A stretch of DNA of 64,000 nucleotides from NCBI GenBank assembly GCA_964016885.1, contig OZ024740.1, positions 343,666,001-343,730,000 on the forward strand, read 5' to 3'. The notes under the pieces are model-generated. The model did not search any database. It saw only the letters and a list, made by a program, of their open reading frames with translations, and was not told the DNA's origin. How positions within the stretch are numbered: position 1 is the first letter of the stretch; each line of letters starts with the position of its first letter. A program made the position numbers and the translations under genes. Origin of the DNA: Eledone cirrhosa (lineage: Eukaryota). Positions 1 through 16,612 of this stretch are shown piece after piece.

Positions 1-130
1 CACCACCACCACCACTACCATCACCACCACCACTACCAACACCACAACAACAACCACCACGACGACCACCACCACCACCACAATCACCACCACCACAACC
101 ACCACCACCAACACCACCTGTCCGCCACCA
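1..130. repeat. (CAC)n/(ACC)n trinucleotide repeat
   Basis: Imperfect CAC/ACC run visible directly. Confidence 0.9.
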
Positions 131-1402
131 TATATATGTATACATATATGATTTTATTTCGGTGTAGCTTCAATGCTAAAAACTTTCATCTTGTCTGTCT
201 TTGTTTCAGCTATTCTGCCTGTGTTCATATGCTTTATACATATTCTGCATCTGTTAACTGGAAGATGTGCATTCCCTGACTTCATCAGACAGAGAAGTAC
301 TTTACTGAAACTGGAGTCGACATTGCTTTCTTCTGGTTGTTTAGTTTTGTGACTCGTTCAATTATTTTATGCAGAAATGAAAAAAATAATTTCTCACTTA
401 CTTACTCTCCTATACAAAAATAAATGAACGAACATATAATACTTATCCCAAGAACAAATTAATTTAAACAACACTCCGAATAATATTCTTATAATTGTGT
501 CAAACTTATGACGTACACATAGTTTCTGTGCCATTCACTTACATACAGAGAATCCCTGGAACTGAGATAAAGACAAGGTGAAAATGTTCTGCAAGGAACC
601 TAGTCAGTAATCGAATTACTAGTCAGCTCTTCCGAGCATTTAACTTTCTGAGGCTCTGAACTCTATTTTTCTCTCTCTCTTTTATTCCCGTACACAGTAT
701 AGATATAGCTCCGTAATTCTTTGGACGGAAAGAAAAAACAACACTTTAAGTCTAAACTGTCTCTTTTCCATATATAGTTTTACCTGTGCGTACTAATTTG
801 ATGAAAATTATAACATTTCCCTAGTCACTCTTCTACACAAAGTGAAAGAACCACCTATCGGTAGTTTAGTTGATGGGACAACTGAAATATTAATTACCAA
901 AATAGACAGAGAATCTATTATTAATTAATTACTCTTGAGTAGACTCATGAATAAAATGTTGCAGACTAGAAAAATTCCACTCTGAAGCAAACAATCGAAT
1001 TTAGTCGAAGGTTGACTGAATATTTGATGCTCTGCTTCTTACAACAGCAATATATAAGTCATCTTTTCCTCGCCAATTTCAAAGACACTGTAAAACATCA
1101 TAGGCGCTGCTGTCCACTTTTGATTAAGCTATAAAAAATGATTTTAAGTGGATACAAGTGGGAATGGAATGGAGTCAAATAAAGAATCATAGCCGAAACT
1201 CAGGTAAAATATAAACCGAAATATTAATCATAGCCTTGTCATATATGAACCTTCTCTAACAGCTTTGTGAGAATGACGCAGTTATAGGGCGGAAGAGGCC
1301 ATTAGAGCAGAAACATTTCATATATTTAATTCTAACTTCAATTTCAGCTGGTTTGTATATACATTCTCCCTTTTTAGATTAGTTATGTACAGACATTATA
1401 AT

Positions 1403-1625
1403 GGTTTCTTATATAGGCACAAGGCCAGCAACTTTGGGAGAGGGGAAAGTCGATTATATCGACCCCAGTGCGTGACTGGTACTTTATTTTATCGACCCCG
1501 TAAGGATGAAAGACAAAGTTAACCTCGGCGGGATTTGAACGCAGATCATAAAGCGTCGTAACTCTGTGCAGCAAAGCATGGTGTCCGACTCGACTCTCTA
1601 CCGATACTGCCAATCAACCGCCCCT
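1403..1625 (-). mobile_element. Full-length tRNA-derived SINE (family S1) with 17-bp TSD
   Basis: Minus strand has A box TGGCAGTATCGG, B box GTTCAAATCC and central motif CTTTCATCCTTACGGGGTCGATAAAATAAAGTACCAG. TSD TGTACAGACATTATAAT at 1386-1402 and 1626-1642. Confidence 0.92.
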
Positions 1626-2982
1626 TGTACAGACATTATAATATTTTAAAGATAGTTATATCATTCAGCTATGAAAGTTTGTATTTGTAGTTTGTGAATA
1701 AAATCTATAATATAAAGTGATTTTAATGAAAATGATACAAGAAAATCAAAAAAGGAAAATAATAGACGGATAGAGAAATAGAGAAAGAATGAAAGTGAGC
1801 TTGGAAAAGACAAATAAAGAGATATAGAGAAGGATTGAGTACATGAAAGGGGAAAATGCCTCATGCTTTCTGAAGAAAATATACATTGTTTCAAAAAGAC
1901 AATTTAAGAAATAAGAATATAACAATGTAGAATTTCGTTAAATGTTAATGTATTTTATAATACTACTTCAAGAAAACAATAACGAAAAGAACATAAAAAA
2001 AAACAAAAAAAAACAGTCAATAAAATCAAAAACAAAAACAATGTCTTTTTAAACAAAAAACAAAACAAAACAAAAGATTAAGAAAAGCTGGAATGAAAGT
2101 AATAAAAGTAAATGAATAGATATCAAACCACGCAAAGTTTATAAGATGAAGTGTACACGGACATGTTAATGCTTAAAACAGGTGCATTTGAATATTTTCA
2201 GATTATATATTGTCCTGAAGCAAAATACGTATATTAAAACAATGCCTAATGAAATTGCTGGATAATTTAGCACTTTTTATAAATATAGATTAAAATATTT
2301 TTGTCGATATTTTCCTCTCAGTATTTCCAGATTTTGACAGTAAAATGTTAAAAGTTTTAAAGTACGAAATACACAACAGACAAAAAGAGATATATAGGTA
2401 GTAAAACATAAAGAAACAAATAGACACATCATCAGAAAGTCATAAACAGACAGAAAATAAAACAGAAAAAGATGGGGAGACAGATAGGTAGATAGACAGT
2501 AAATCAGAATGAGATATGCATACAAATAGGCAAGCTATATAACAGAAGGAAACAGACGAATAGATAGATTATATAATTCAGAGACAGTTTAACGGAGGAA
2601 AACAGAACGAAACAGAAAAGGCTATAATGAAACAGTTAAGAAAAGGGAAAAGTACAAGAGAAGCAGAGATTGACCGATAGACAGACAGCAAAACAGAAAA
2701 AAAGATAAAGCGACAGACAGACAAATGAAGAAGAGATAGGGAAATATACAGACGGTAAAAATATTGACGTAACATAATATTGGGGGAAAATATTGTTAGG
2801 CAACGATAAAACAAGTAAACCAAGATGATATACCCGTTGTTCTCTTACTATTTCTATTTTATTTATTCAGAGACGGTTGGTGTAAGATACGATGTAAGCT
2901 TTGAGGTATATAGATTTCATTACTTCAGGGAGGCAGCTGATATAAGAAGTATGAGGCATGAAGTACTCGGGGCAGTTGAGAA

Positions 2983-3290
2983 GGCGTGTCGCTTAGTTGT
3001 TAGGGTATTCGACTCAAGATCATATGGCTGTAAGTTAGATTCCCGGTGGAAACGTTATATCTTTGGGCAAGAGATTTTACTTTACGTTGTTCCAGTCAGC
3101 TCAGCTTGAAAAGATGTGTTGCATTTGTGAATTAAAGGGCCAAAGTGTCACGTTGAATCTCTCTAATGACTACTTTAAGGGTATGTCTGTCTGTAAAATG
3201 CTCATTCACTTGCATCTTAATCTCAAAAGTAGTTTGTGCTGTTGATGAATCAATTGGAACATCGTTGAAGGTCCAACACTTGAGAAAGGA
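2983..3290 (+). mobile_element. Decayed tRNA-derived CORE-type SINE (octopus OR-like)
   Basis: tRNA-like head GGCGTGTCGCTTAGTTGTTAGGG...GTTAGATTCCCGG, then CORE-like CTTTGGGCAAGA...TTTACGTTGTTCCAGTCAGCTCAGCT. Confidence 0.7.
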
Positions 3291-4592
3291 GTAATCGTTG
3301 GTAAGATGAAGCATTGGTATTGTTTCGGTTATATAGATATACTTATATAATATTCATTATAATAAGAATTCATAGGTTCCTCGTTTTTAGCGTCAGACCT
3401 AGCAAGCCGGCGATGGATAATAACGCTGCTAATAAAACAAACAGAAGCCCTCATTCTGTAGGAACCTCTGGACTGACGGGCCATATACCCACTTGGTGTT
3501 GGATGAAGATGAAGTATTCCTTTTAAAAGTATATTTTATGATTCTATGCGCAATACACACTAAATTATTTTATATGCAGTAACGTGCGCCTTGAGTAAAC
3601 AGCTTTTGGTAATCATTGACATAAAGAAAATTATATTCTGCCTATTTGCTTTAATATCGATTCACAAAACTGGTACAGCACTCCAAATATTTAATGGAAA
3701 AGAGCACAGCCTTTAAATTAAACTCTAGTGCTTCAAAAGTCCAAAAGGACCCAGTGAAATTTGAATTTAGAACATAAATAGACATAAATGAATTCTGACG
3801 TGAATTAGTTCCAGTGTTCTGCTAATTTTGCATGACCATTTGTCGCAAGTCTTAATTAATGGAGAAGAATGTAATGAGATTCTGTAACAATTAAACTTTC
3901 CCCAAAGTCAAGGGTTGCTAAACTTATTTTGCCGCTGAACTCTTATGAAATAAAATTAAAACAACTCTTATTCCCACCACACTAATTTTAATAAGGCATT
4001 AGATAAAACAAAAGTTGCTTTAAAGAGACAATTTATTCGTATATAACAATATAATTCATGTTCATTAAATCTTATTGAAAAACACCTTACTTTGCGAAAT
4101 CCCGAATTCTTTCGCAGAACCATAGACCTCCCCGTAACCTACTTTGGGAAACAAGTTAATAGCTCTATATAAGCAGTTTAAACGAGTAATAAATTGATTT
4201 TTAGTGACTAAGAAGAACCGCAAAACATTTTAGCCAGTGCCACTCATTTGAAAGATGTGTTTAGATCCTTAGTAAACGTTTTCAGATTAAGTGTAATGGC
4301 AGTACGGAACCAAAGAAATTTGAATTGATAAAACTACTATAGTTAAACTGAAAAAAAAACATCACTAACTCTAAATGTCAATCGCCGCAGAAGTTTACAA
4401 TTTGTTATATTTGTGACATGTTTATACACAGTACGAACCAACGGAGACCACCAATACATCCGTTGGATCTTAGTAGTATTTAGTTCAAATTATTCATCAC
4501 TATTTCACTGCTGAGTAAATACATTCCCCCATCTCTCCATAACTTTCAGGCTTGGGTGTCCGAGCTTCAGTCTTTTTAGAAGTTGTTTTAAT

Positions 4593-5885
<1,293 letters not shown>

Positions 5886-5887
<2 letters not shown>

Positions 5888-6234
5888 TGTGTTGGTTCAC
5901 CACTGGATAGAACTGGTCATTCCGTATGGTCTATCTCGATGCAATATTATGGAGAGCACTCAACGTAATGCAACTCACCCGTCTTTGTTTGTGTAGTTGG
6001 TGGTGCGAGTACGGAGTTAATTATTATAAAATAACAGGAGGCTGGACTGGTGTAAATCCTTGAAACGTTTATTATACTATGATCATTTCAATGACCGGGT
6101 TCAGTATGAATCCGGTGACATCATCGGGTATTCAAAATATAACAAAGGAATATAACAGATAAAATCCATGGGGCTGAAAGTCAGAGACAAGAGGACGACC
6201 GACTACTTAGCAGCTTCTACCTCAGTCGGCCGCC

Positions 6235-6238
<4 letters not shown>
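5886..6238 (-). mobile_element. 353-bp non-coding island in (TA)n with a variant hammerhead
   Basis: Flanked by (TA)n. HHR-like motif at 6074-6131 is followed by AATAAA on the minus strand. Confidence 0.55.
6074..6131 (-). ncRNA. Variant minimal type I hammerhead (core CCGATGA)
   Basis: ATAC-CCGATGA-[helix II ACCGG.TTCA/TGAA.CCGGT]-GAAA-TGATCA-TA-GTAT. Deviations are U4C and a U.U mismatch at the base of helix II. Confidence 0.55.
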
Positions 6239-6277
<39 letters not shown>

Positions 6278-6560
6278 GAAAAGTATAAAAATTATTGTAG
6301 CAAGAAGCCAACAGTATTCCATAATATATAAGTGACTATAGCATATATATATATACATACAGATATGTTTAGAAATGTAGAAAACCTTGAACGCAAATGT
6401 GAACACAGCTTAGACAATAGAATAAAACGCTTCTATATACAGAAGTGGCTTCTGGCCACTTTTTCCACCTACAGGAGCATTTCCCCAGATTTTCTAAGGT
6501 GTGTTAGCTACATTTTTAAACATTTCACCTCACTTGACACTCCAATGTTTATTTACAAAT

Positions 6561-6592
<32 letters not shown>

Positions 6593-7314
6593 ACACACAC
6601 ACACGAACACACACACATACACAAAGACAAAACACAAACACCAACACAAACATATGTATATATATATTCTTTTTTTATCGCTCACATGAATCACACCAAC
6701 AGACCGGGCTCGAATTTGTTGCGTAAGCTGTCATTACTATTACAGTATAGCCTTCATACGCGAAACCGTACGGTTACCAAGGTAACAATGCACTTGTCTG
6801 TTCATGTTATGTAAGTATGTGCATTTTGCACTAATACTATATTCACGCCAACACGCATTTATTTTGATTAACTAAATGCTTTCACTTTTTTTACTTGGTA
6901 CTGTCCTAATTTTTCTTTGTTCTTTCTCTTATTCTTGCTCTCTCTAAGTTTCTCTCACTTCATGCCTCACTGTCTCTTGCTTGTTTTTTCCTGCTACCTC
7001 CCACTGTCAATCCATTGATTTGGCCTTTGAACTGGCAGCGAGCATAATTTCTTCGCTACGTATTTCATTGACGAAAGTCAATTTTTCCAGCTTCTGGCGT
7101 CTTCTACATATTTCTGAGTTAGGTTCCGAATCACAATATATATAACGTAGTCAATGCGACTGAGGATCTGGGGCCTAATTCAATAATACAATAATATCGG
7201 AAAGTGGCAGTCAATGAAACATCTGTACCACAGATGAATAACTCTCTCTTTATGTCTCTCTCTCTCGCTCTCGTTCTCTCTCTCTCCCTGTCTGCCTCTC
7301 TCTCCTCCTCTCTC

Positions 7315-8388
<1,074 letters not shown>

Positions 8389-8768
8389 ATTTACATCTAT
8401 ATGCCTTCACCTACGCACGCATTTATATACAACTTATGCATACATAAAGCAGCATGAAGAAGCAACCCTGTAATTGCCTGAACTCCATTTCTGATCAAGT
8501 TCCGTGTAAATTGACCAAATTGACCATATTCTTGCACGGCTGTTTCCCGTATGGTTTGACTTATGAAGTTACAAGAGGGTTTCGTCATAACCTTTAAACC
8601 TCAATGTTAATTAGCAACAAGCCATACAAATATACAACGCTGCTGACATCGATATTGATATTAAGGGTGCTCGTCAATGTACACATATACACCATATATA
8701 TATCTATGCATACACATATATATGTATTACACACATAAACACACACACTCATGCACACAAACACACGC

Positions 8769-8801
<33 letters not shown>

Positions 8802-8920
8802 ATGTGAATATTCATGTATGAATATACATTCATACATACATGTATATATATAAATGCATTCATACATACATACATACATACATACATACATACATACATA
8901 CATACATACATACACACACT

Positions 8921-8998
<78 letters not shown>

Positions 8999-9084
8999 CA
9001 TACATACATACATACATATATATACATACATACATTTATACATACATATATATATATATATACATTCATACATACATGTATATA

Positions 9085-9202
9085 TGGTGGCTGCCAACTC
9101 GTTTTCGAGTACGGCCACTACTTTATATCCATGTTGGAGAACCCCTACAGATGTGCTGAACGAGTATGACTTTTTAGTCCTGCCAGCGACTTGAAAACTC
9201 TG
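9085..9202 (-). mobile_element. 3' fragment of non-coding retroposon family R (TGTA-tailed)
   Basis: Matches the 3' ends of the copies at 9922-10283, 24154-24610 and 45154-45714. Confidence 0.8.
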
Positions 9203-9366
9203 TATATATACATACATGTATATATACATACATTCATACATACATATATATATATATATATACATACATTCATACATGTATATAAACATATATTTATACA
9301 TACATGTATATATATATACATTCATACATACATGTATATATACATACATGTATATATACATACATT

Positions 9367-9404
<38 letters not shown>

Positions 9405-9408
9405 CATT

Positions 9409-9440
<32 letters not shown>

Positions 9441-9646
9441 CATACATTCATACATGTATATAAACATATATTTATACATACATGTATATATATATACATT
9501 CATACATACATGTATATATACATACATGTATATATACATACATTTATATATATATATATATATATATATACATTTATATATACATATATACACACACACA
9601 CATATATATATACATAATACACACATATATATGTTTTATATATATT

Positions 9647-9704
<58 letters not shown>

Positions 9705-9921
9705 CTGAGAAAGATAAAGGAAATTCAAGATAAATGTATGAAAAATATATCATATAAACATATATAAAACAAGGCAGACTAGGAATGAATAAATAAAGAA
9801 AAATGATTTCAAATATTCGAAAAGAGAACAACATAAATGGAAAGCTGTTGTAGAGAAAGAAACACAGCCGAACACACCCATATGAATATGTATGTATGTT
9901 TGTATGTATGTATGTATATAT

Positions 9922-10283
9922 GAAAACTCTGATATAACACCTGCAACCCTGATGGTATCCAATGATGTTGACTTGTTCTTCTTTTTGGTAAATATCATCT
10001 TGGTTAAGAGAGTGGGACTGGCTTTGTGCAGTGCCTTTGCTCACTATAAAAGCTTCACGGCACAGGCATTGCTTTATATCTGGAGATCTCTCTGCACTTG
10101 TTGTCACATGGTACCATGGGCCCAGCACTATGTGTCAATAATTTTCACAAGTGCCGTGTTTGTACCAGAGTTTTCAAGTCGCTGGCTGGACTAAAAAGTC
10201 ACACTTGTTCAGCGTATCGGTAGGGGTTCTCCTACATGGATATAAAGTAGTGGCCGTACTCGAAAACGAGTTGGCAGCCACCA
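9922..10283 (+). mobile_element. 5'-truncated non-coding retroposon family R
   Basis: Ends GGCCGTACTCGAAAACGAGTTGGCAGCCACCA followed by (TGTA)n; near-identical to 45154-45515. Confidence 0.85.
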
Positions 10284-10657
10284 TGTATGTATGTATGTAT
10301 GTATGTATGTATGTATGTATGTATGTATGTATGTATGTATGTATGTATGTATGGATGGATGGATGGATGTATGTATGTATGGATGTATGTATGTGTGAAT
10401 GTATGTATTATGTTGTATGTATGTATGTTTGTATGTATGTATGTAAAAATGTATATATGTTTGTACGTTTGTATGTATGAATATATGTATGTACGTACGT
10501 ATGTACGTACGTATGCATGTATGTATGTATGTATGTATGTATGTATGTATGTATGTATGTATGTATGTATACATGGATGGATGGATGCATGTATGTAGGA
10601 AGTATGTATGTATACATGCATTTGCGTATTTAGGTACGTTTATGTATCTGTGTATAC

Positions 10658-10826
10658 AGGCGTATCGGACGCCAATCTTTAAAGCAAAGAGTTACCTCCC
10701 TTTATGATCTGAGTTCAAATCCCGCCGAGGTTAACTTTGCCTCTCATCCTTACGGGGTCGATAAAATAAAGTACCAGTAATGCACTGGTTATTTGCTGGC
10801 CTTGTGCCTAACGTAGAAACAATTAT
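10658..10826 (+). mobile_element. SINE S1 copy
   Basis: B box GAGTTCAAATCC, central motif and tail GGCCTTGTGCCTAACGTAGAAACAATTA. Confidence 0.88.
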
Positions 10827-11215
10827 GAATCTGTGTATGTATGTATATGTTTTTCCATGTGAGTGTGACTATGGACGTGTGTGCAGTTTCACAGTCAATC
10901 ACTCTTACGTTTATTACTCAGAGTTCTACATCTTGCAGACGACCAGCTGTTAAGCTACATGACGTATAGAGTTCTATTCTCAGTGTACCTACACCTGTTC
11001 ACACACACATACTCATATATACTCACACATACTCACACATACATTAGCACGCGCTAACAAACGTACACACACATATATGTGTTTACATATGTGTGTGTGT
11101 CTTTCTGTGTGTACATGCATATATTCACACACATATATACACACATATATACATATATATACACATATACACACACACATATATATATACGCACACATAT
11201 ACGCATATACGTATG

Positions 11216-11247
<32 letters not shown>

Positions 11248-11503
11248 TATATTTGTGTGTGTGCATATATGTGTATATACGTGTGTGTACACACAGAAAC
11301 ATACTCACACATACACGCGAACCAACTTACACACAAATGTGTTTACACATTTGTATATACATGTATGTATATGCGTATATGTGTATATGTGTGTGTGTAT
11401 ATATGTATGTACACACAGAACCGCACACACACACATGCGAACCGACTTACACACCCATGTGTTAACATATTTGTATATATATATATGTATATATATGTGT
11501 CTA

Positions 11504-11543
<40 letters not shown>

Positions 11544-11673
11544 GATAAATCTACCAAAAGTTTACGGTAGTGTCCAATATATATGTGTATAAATATATAT
11601 ATGTGTATATATATGTGTGTGTATATATGTATATATATATATGTGTGTATATATGTGTGTGTGCGTGTGTGTA

Positions 11674-11744
<71 letters not shown>

Positions 11745-12146
11745 ATATAAGTATGTGCACACACATCTATATATATATATATATATATACATGTTATTGT
11801 ATCTTCATACATGTACGCAGCCCTTTTTACATTGTTTTAATTGTTAACGCATGCGCGGATCGTGCTTTGTATATATTATTTATTTCATATTTTTCAATCT
11901 AAATTCATCTCGTTTAATGTGCGAAAATAATTCCCTATATAATTCTCTGAGTGCTGACCTTCATGCAAGTTAGTGGCACCATTTAAAGAATTCTATTTAC
12001 AGTATATTTCACAATCCATGAGCTCCACAATGGAGTTAAATATATTATTAGATACTCTGAAATTGAATAGTGAATTCAGGTTTACAATGATTAATAGAGC
12101 ACAGTGTACTAATGCAAAGAATACATAAATGAGGGAGGATAAATAT

Positions 12147-12204
<58 letters not shown>

Positions 12205-12310
12205 CGTGTGTGCGTGTGTGTGTGTGCGTGTGTGTGTGTGCGCGTGTGTGTATAAAAACATGCCCACACACACATATATATATGTATATACAAATATATA
12301 TATGTATGTA

Positions 12311-12341
<31 letters not shown>

Positions 12342-12432
12342 GCAAAAGTTCTATTTAATATCGTATATATATATATATATATATATAGCAATATATATAT
12401 ATAGCAATATGTGTGTATATATATATATGTAT

Positions 12433-12510
<78 letters not shown>

Positions 12511-12639
12511 ATACTGAGGGGGAGAGAGGGGGTGGGTGGGTGAAAATAGTATTTATTTAGTTGAATATAAAAATGAACAAATGTTTTTTTCTCCGCTTAA
12601 AAATAATTGACAATTCGTCTATCATTTATCTACATTCTT

Positions 12640-13000
12640 TACTTCAATTTCAAACAAAATCACCTTTGACTTTCATCTTTCTGTGGTCGACAAAATAAAC
12701 TACCATCAACCCAACCCCAGACACAAGATTCTGGTATTGTAACACCTCATGCTTGAACCAATTATTGCTTTGATATAATATTGACTGATTAATAGAATTG
12801 TGAGAGTTTCGGATAACATTCCACGCGGCTTTGATCTCGTTCTTTACTTCCCGAATTCAAATGCCACGTAGATCAACTTTGCTTTTGATACTTCCCAGTT
12901 CAATGAATTAAAATACCAGTCAAGTATTGGGTCTCACCTAATCGACTCCCCATAATGTCCTCCCCCCAAACAAAATGTGCTAATGTGAGAAATTATTAAG
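12640..13000 (+). mobile_element. Two decayed S1-related SINE copies
   Basis: Degenerate CTTTCATCTTTCTGTGGTCGACAAAATAAACTACCA and GAATTCAAATGCC...AAAATACCAGTCAAGTATTGGG. Confidence 0.55.
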
Positions 13001-13443
13001 TTAATAATTCATGAACTTTTCGTACGTGTTCACGGGTAAGGATTAAGGAAACTGTGATATATAGAATAACATGTATTGTTTTTTTTACCAGTGTTCCGTC
13101 ATTCGATAGCAGTTATACTAGGACAGAAATGTCCTGGGTTTTCGTCGATTATTATCGACCACAGCATTTGTATCAGTTTGATAAGTATTTTGTTGATCTG
13201 TATTTATTGAAGAGAAATGTTATAGTTTGATATAAAGGAACACGATATAGGTCTATATGTATAATACACATCGGCTGCTGGCTCACTTCATCGCATGCAC
13301 CCACATGCATGCACGCACGCACGCACACACACACACACAAACACAAACACACACAAACACACACACGCATCTCCCCATGCATTGAGTACTCCCATAATTA
13401 GTGGTCTCCTCGTTCTCAGCCTTGCAAACTCTTTCTCTCTCTA

Positions 13444-13474
<31 letters not shown>

Positions 13475-13527
13475 TTTTCTCTCTCTCTCTCTCTCCCTCT
13501 CCAAATATATATATATATATATATATG

Positions 13528-13976
13528 TGGAAAATTATATTTAAATTGTTGGGTTACAACTAGTAAATATTTATAACTGATATAAAAGCACTCAACAAGT
13601 ATTTGGAGTATATTTACGATATTAAATAAATGGAAACTATATTTATAAAACCATATTTATTTCATTATATATATTTCAGGGATATCATATTAACAATATG
13701 TTATGCCTTCTTCAGACAAAATACAATATAGACAGTTTTATAGATAAATAGATTTGACATACCGTTCAACATCGACTTGTATTTGAGATTTGCCAAATCA
13801 ACTTTTTCAAATACAAGTCGATGTTGAACGGTATGTCAAATCTATTTATTTATAAAACTGTCTATATTGTATTTTGTCTGAAGAAGGCATAACATATTGT
13901 TAATATGATATCCCTGAAATATATATAATGAAATAAATATGGTTTTATAAATATAGTTTCCATTTATTTAATATCG
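13528..13976. mobile_element. HHR element family A fold-back with two divergent hammerheads (13652-13730 -, 13863-13941 +; core CTGAAGA)
   Basis: Inverted arms around a spacer of about 30 bp, (TA)n on both sides. Confidence 0.85.
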
Positions 13977-14228
13977 TATATATATATATGTATATTTATA
14001 TATACACATCCTTTTTTAAAATGAAATGAACCTTTTGAAAGCCGTCTAGCAGATTCTAGCAGAAGCAGCGAGGGATAACTGCCTATACGTATTTCGAGCT
14101 GATAGCCATCGGCCTTTCAGTATTCATAGCTGGGCTTTCAAAATGTTTATTTATTAAACATAGCGTATATATTTATATTTACGAAATTCACATACATGTA
14201 TGTATACAGCTATGTTGAAGCTAAATAT

Positions 14229-14368
<140 letters not shown>

Positions 14369-14599
14369 GCTTGCGAGCATGTTCAAGTGTATAGAGTTGG
14401 TGCTGTTGTGTGTACTTAGTATATGTAACATGAATACGCGTGTCTCTGTGTGTGTGTCTGTGTATGTGTTTGCAAATCTATCTGTGTGTATCTGTGTATG
14501 TAGTATGGTATGTATCATACATATTGGTCGTTTAGCATTGTCATGTGTGATATATGCATATATGTGTATGTGTGTATGTGTGTATGTGTACGTGTGTGT

Positions 14600-14653
<54 letters not shown>

Positions 14654-14963
14654 GTGCGTGTGTGTGTATGTGTGTGTGTGTGTGTGAAGGAGCCTTTTGA
14701 AGTTCTTTCCACCATTTCCCTTACATCTTCCCAACCTTATTACCCCAATATTTCTTCACTTAACTGTTCACCATCACTCCTTTGCCTTCTCTCTTTTGCC
14801 TTCTTGAATTAAATGTTTGTGCAAGTATATGTGTCAGTGTGTGAGGAAGTGAGAGAGATGGAGAGTAGAGAGAGATGGAGAGAGAGAGAGAGAGATGGAG
14901 AGAGACGGAGAGAGATAGACAGAGAGACGGGGAGAAAGCGATGGAGAGAGAAAGAGAGAGAGA

Positions 14964-15033
<70 letters not shown>

Positions 15034-15056
15034 CGGAGAGAAAGCGATGGAGAGAG

Positions 15057-15142
<86 letters not shown>

Positions 15143-15715
15143 AAAGAGAGTGAAAGAGAGATTTCTCCCTCTTATATTTTTTTTATTTTTATTTTGGTTG
15201 GTTAAGTCTTTCAAGCCTTGTTTACTGAGCATCTGAGTCCCTTCCGTCTTAACCGCCGAATCACCGCTTTCACGTGCCTTATATGGATTCCGAAGACTTC
15301 CTGTTCTCTCTATAGTTCCACTTAAAGAAGGACTCGTGTTGTGTTTAGAACATCTGCTTGCTTATCTGCCAAAATCTTCAGCTTCCTGGAGCAGTTATCA
15401 CTCATACTGAGTGAAATGTGGATAGCATTTCTTGTGGAAATTAGAGAGGAAGTGTCAGGATATAGGCAAGAAAAGGAATAAAGAGAAAGAGAAAGAGAAA
15501 GAGGAAGCGAAAGAGAAAGAGGTAGAGACTGCGAGATACAGGCAGGCTGAGGGAGAGCTAAGCAAACGAAGAATAAGAGAGAGAAGATAGAGATTGACAG
15601 AGTTTCATAGAGTGACAAAAGGAAAGGTTGTTTAAATGAGTTTTTATACATACATATATACCATATACCTATATGCATACAAACCTGCACTTACACACAT
15701 GTACACTCACATATT

Positions 15716-15804
<89 letters not shown>

Positions 15805-15928
15805 GTATATATATATACATGTCTATGTAAATACGTATATTTATATACAATATATACATGCAAACTTACATATAAGTACGCACACACCTATATATATCAT
15901 GTATATGTATAATACACTTCATCGCATG

Positions 15929-15964
<36 letters not shown>

Positions 15965-16231
15965 CACCCCCCCACACACACACGTATATGTGTGGTGTGT
16001 GTATAAGCAAGTAGAATTGTAGCAAAGGAAGTAGAAGAACAATGTGAAATGTTAGGAAATTTATCAGAAAAGATAGAATGAGAATGTTAAGAATGGGAAA
16101 TGGAGATTTAGAGTGAGGTGTAATAGGAGCTATATATATATATGTGTGTGTGTGTATGTGTGTATAAGTATATAAGTATGTATATATGTATACATGTATA
16201 CATGTATACATGCATTTATATATATATATAC

Positions 16232-16270
16232 TCTTTTACTCTTTTACCTGTTCCAGCCATCCGGCTGAGG
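16232..16270 (-). mobile_element. Short 3' remnant of an octopus-type SINE
   Basis: CTCTTTTACTCTTTTACCTGTTCCAGCCAT...GGCCATGCTGGGGCACCGCC resembles a common octopus SINE tail (recalled, not searched). Confidence 0.45.
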
Positions 16271-16509
16271 CCATGCTGGGGCACCGCCCTTGAGGACTAT
16301 ATATATATATATATATAAATACATACATATATACATATAACATGTATACATACTTACACACACAAACACACACACACGCACACATATATATATAAACTAA
16401 ACGTGATGTGCATGTACCTCTCTATAACATATCCTTCTCTATAATTTTGTTCCCGGTTCCTCAGATTTTATATAATTTCATATAATTTTACGTAATGTTT
16501 TAACTGTTC

Positions 16510-16612
<103 letters not shown>

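Noticed and set aside
174-353. Short hydrophobic ORF (MLKTFILSVFVSAIL...) and an open frame on the opposite strand
   Set aside because: About 59 aa, no recognisable family and no convincing splice context.
7050-7240. HHR-like pieces (ATTGAC-TTTC-GTCAAT-GAAA on minus; CTGAGGA...GAAA on plus)
   Set aside because: Core or helices are incomplete in each reading.
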